Assembly: GCF_000315625.1 (NCBI RefSeq)
Contig: NW_005434659.1
Coordinates: 633,788-697,787, forward strand
Direction of reading: 5' to 3'
Length of the DNA stretch: 64,000 nt
Source: Guillardia theta CCMP2712
Taxonomy: Eukaryota > Protista > Cryptophyta
Under the pieces are notes generated by a model, which was given only the letters and a program-made list of their open reading frames with translations, was not told the DNA's origin and made no database searches. Of this stretch, positions 63,570 to 64,000 are shown in pieces; within the stretch, counting starts at the first letter, position 1; each line of letters starts with the position of its first letter. The position numbers and the translations under genes were made by a program.

Positions 63570-63790
63570 GAGGAGGAGGAGGTCAGTCGCGGATCAGAAC
63601 CACGTCTTTCAACCGCGCTAGGAGGAACAGCACGCACTGCCTGTAGGTCGCTCTGATCTTTGACATGTCGCTTTCTGGAGCCCCTCCTTCCTCCTCCTCT
63701 TCCTCCTCTCCAAGAGCGTAAGGATCTTCGATGTAGATGGTATTGTCTTCCTCAGGCACTAGCGATGCCTCAAGCCCTGCGTCCGCCTAT
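63570..63790 (-). CDS. Exons of a gene continuing beyond the window (hypothetical)
   Basis: Non-repetitive exon-like segments (ADAGLEASLVPEEDNTIYIEDPYA; DQSDLQAVRAVPP) between microsatellite introns. Confidence 0.3.
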
Positions 63791-63836
63791 CGTCAGCCTC
63801 CTCCTCCTCCTCCTCCTCCTCCTCCTCCTCCTCCTC

Positions 63837-63868
<32 letters not shown>

Positions 63869-64000
63869 ACTACGAGGAGGAGGTGGTGGCGGTGGTGGTG
63901 GTGGTGCTCCTCCTCCTCCTCATCATCCCTCTACCACCGCCTCCGCCGAGGAGAAGACGAAAAAAGGTAAAAAAGGCTGCTGCTGCTGCTGCTCCTCCTC

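Overview
Gene-dense eukaryotic nuclear DNA, not prokaryotic: about 22 intron-rich genes with many short (about 40-60 nt) GT-AG introns, a CTGAC/YTGAY branch point close to the 3' splice site, and other introns swollen by purine/pyrimidine microsatellites. These traits plus signal-peptide+Phe (ASAFAP-type) plastid presequences point to a secondary-plastid alga, probably a cryptophyte (inference). Recognisable genes: two paralogous CaMKK/GRIK-like kinases at opposite ends with matching intron positions, a signal-peptide TPR + two GT4-type glycosyltransferase protein, plastid YrdC/Sua5, a PDZ protein, an exosome RNase PH subunit, UEV1/MMS2, EAF6, a DxD secreted protein, a full-length ABCA transporter, a plastid NAD(P)-binding Rossmann protein, a plastid DUF2358+SOUL protein, a divergent p300/CBP-type (KAT11) HAT domain protein, a secreted GT41/SPINDLY-like protein, a SAM-methyltransferase-domain protein, an EF-hand(+ankyrin) protein and a TMBIM/Bax-inhibitor protein. 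Most interesting: the KAT11 domain carries substitutions equivalent to p300 Y1467F and W1436R (candidate pseudo-acetyltransferase); the GT41 seems to lack its FNxxxK catalytic segment; a TACCCCACC/CCACCC motif marks head-to-head intergenic regions; two spliced 'MF..QxL' microproteins; and a decayed intronless PD-(D/E)XK-like gene. All gene models were spliced by eye, so termini are approximate. No rRNA, tRNA, CRISPR or intact transposon was seen. There are two 100-N gaps.
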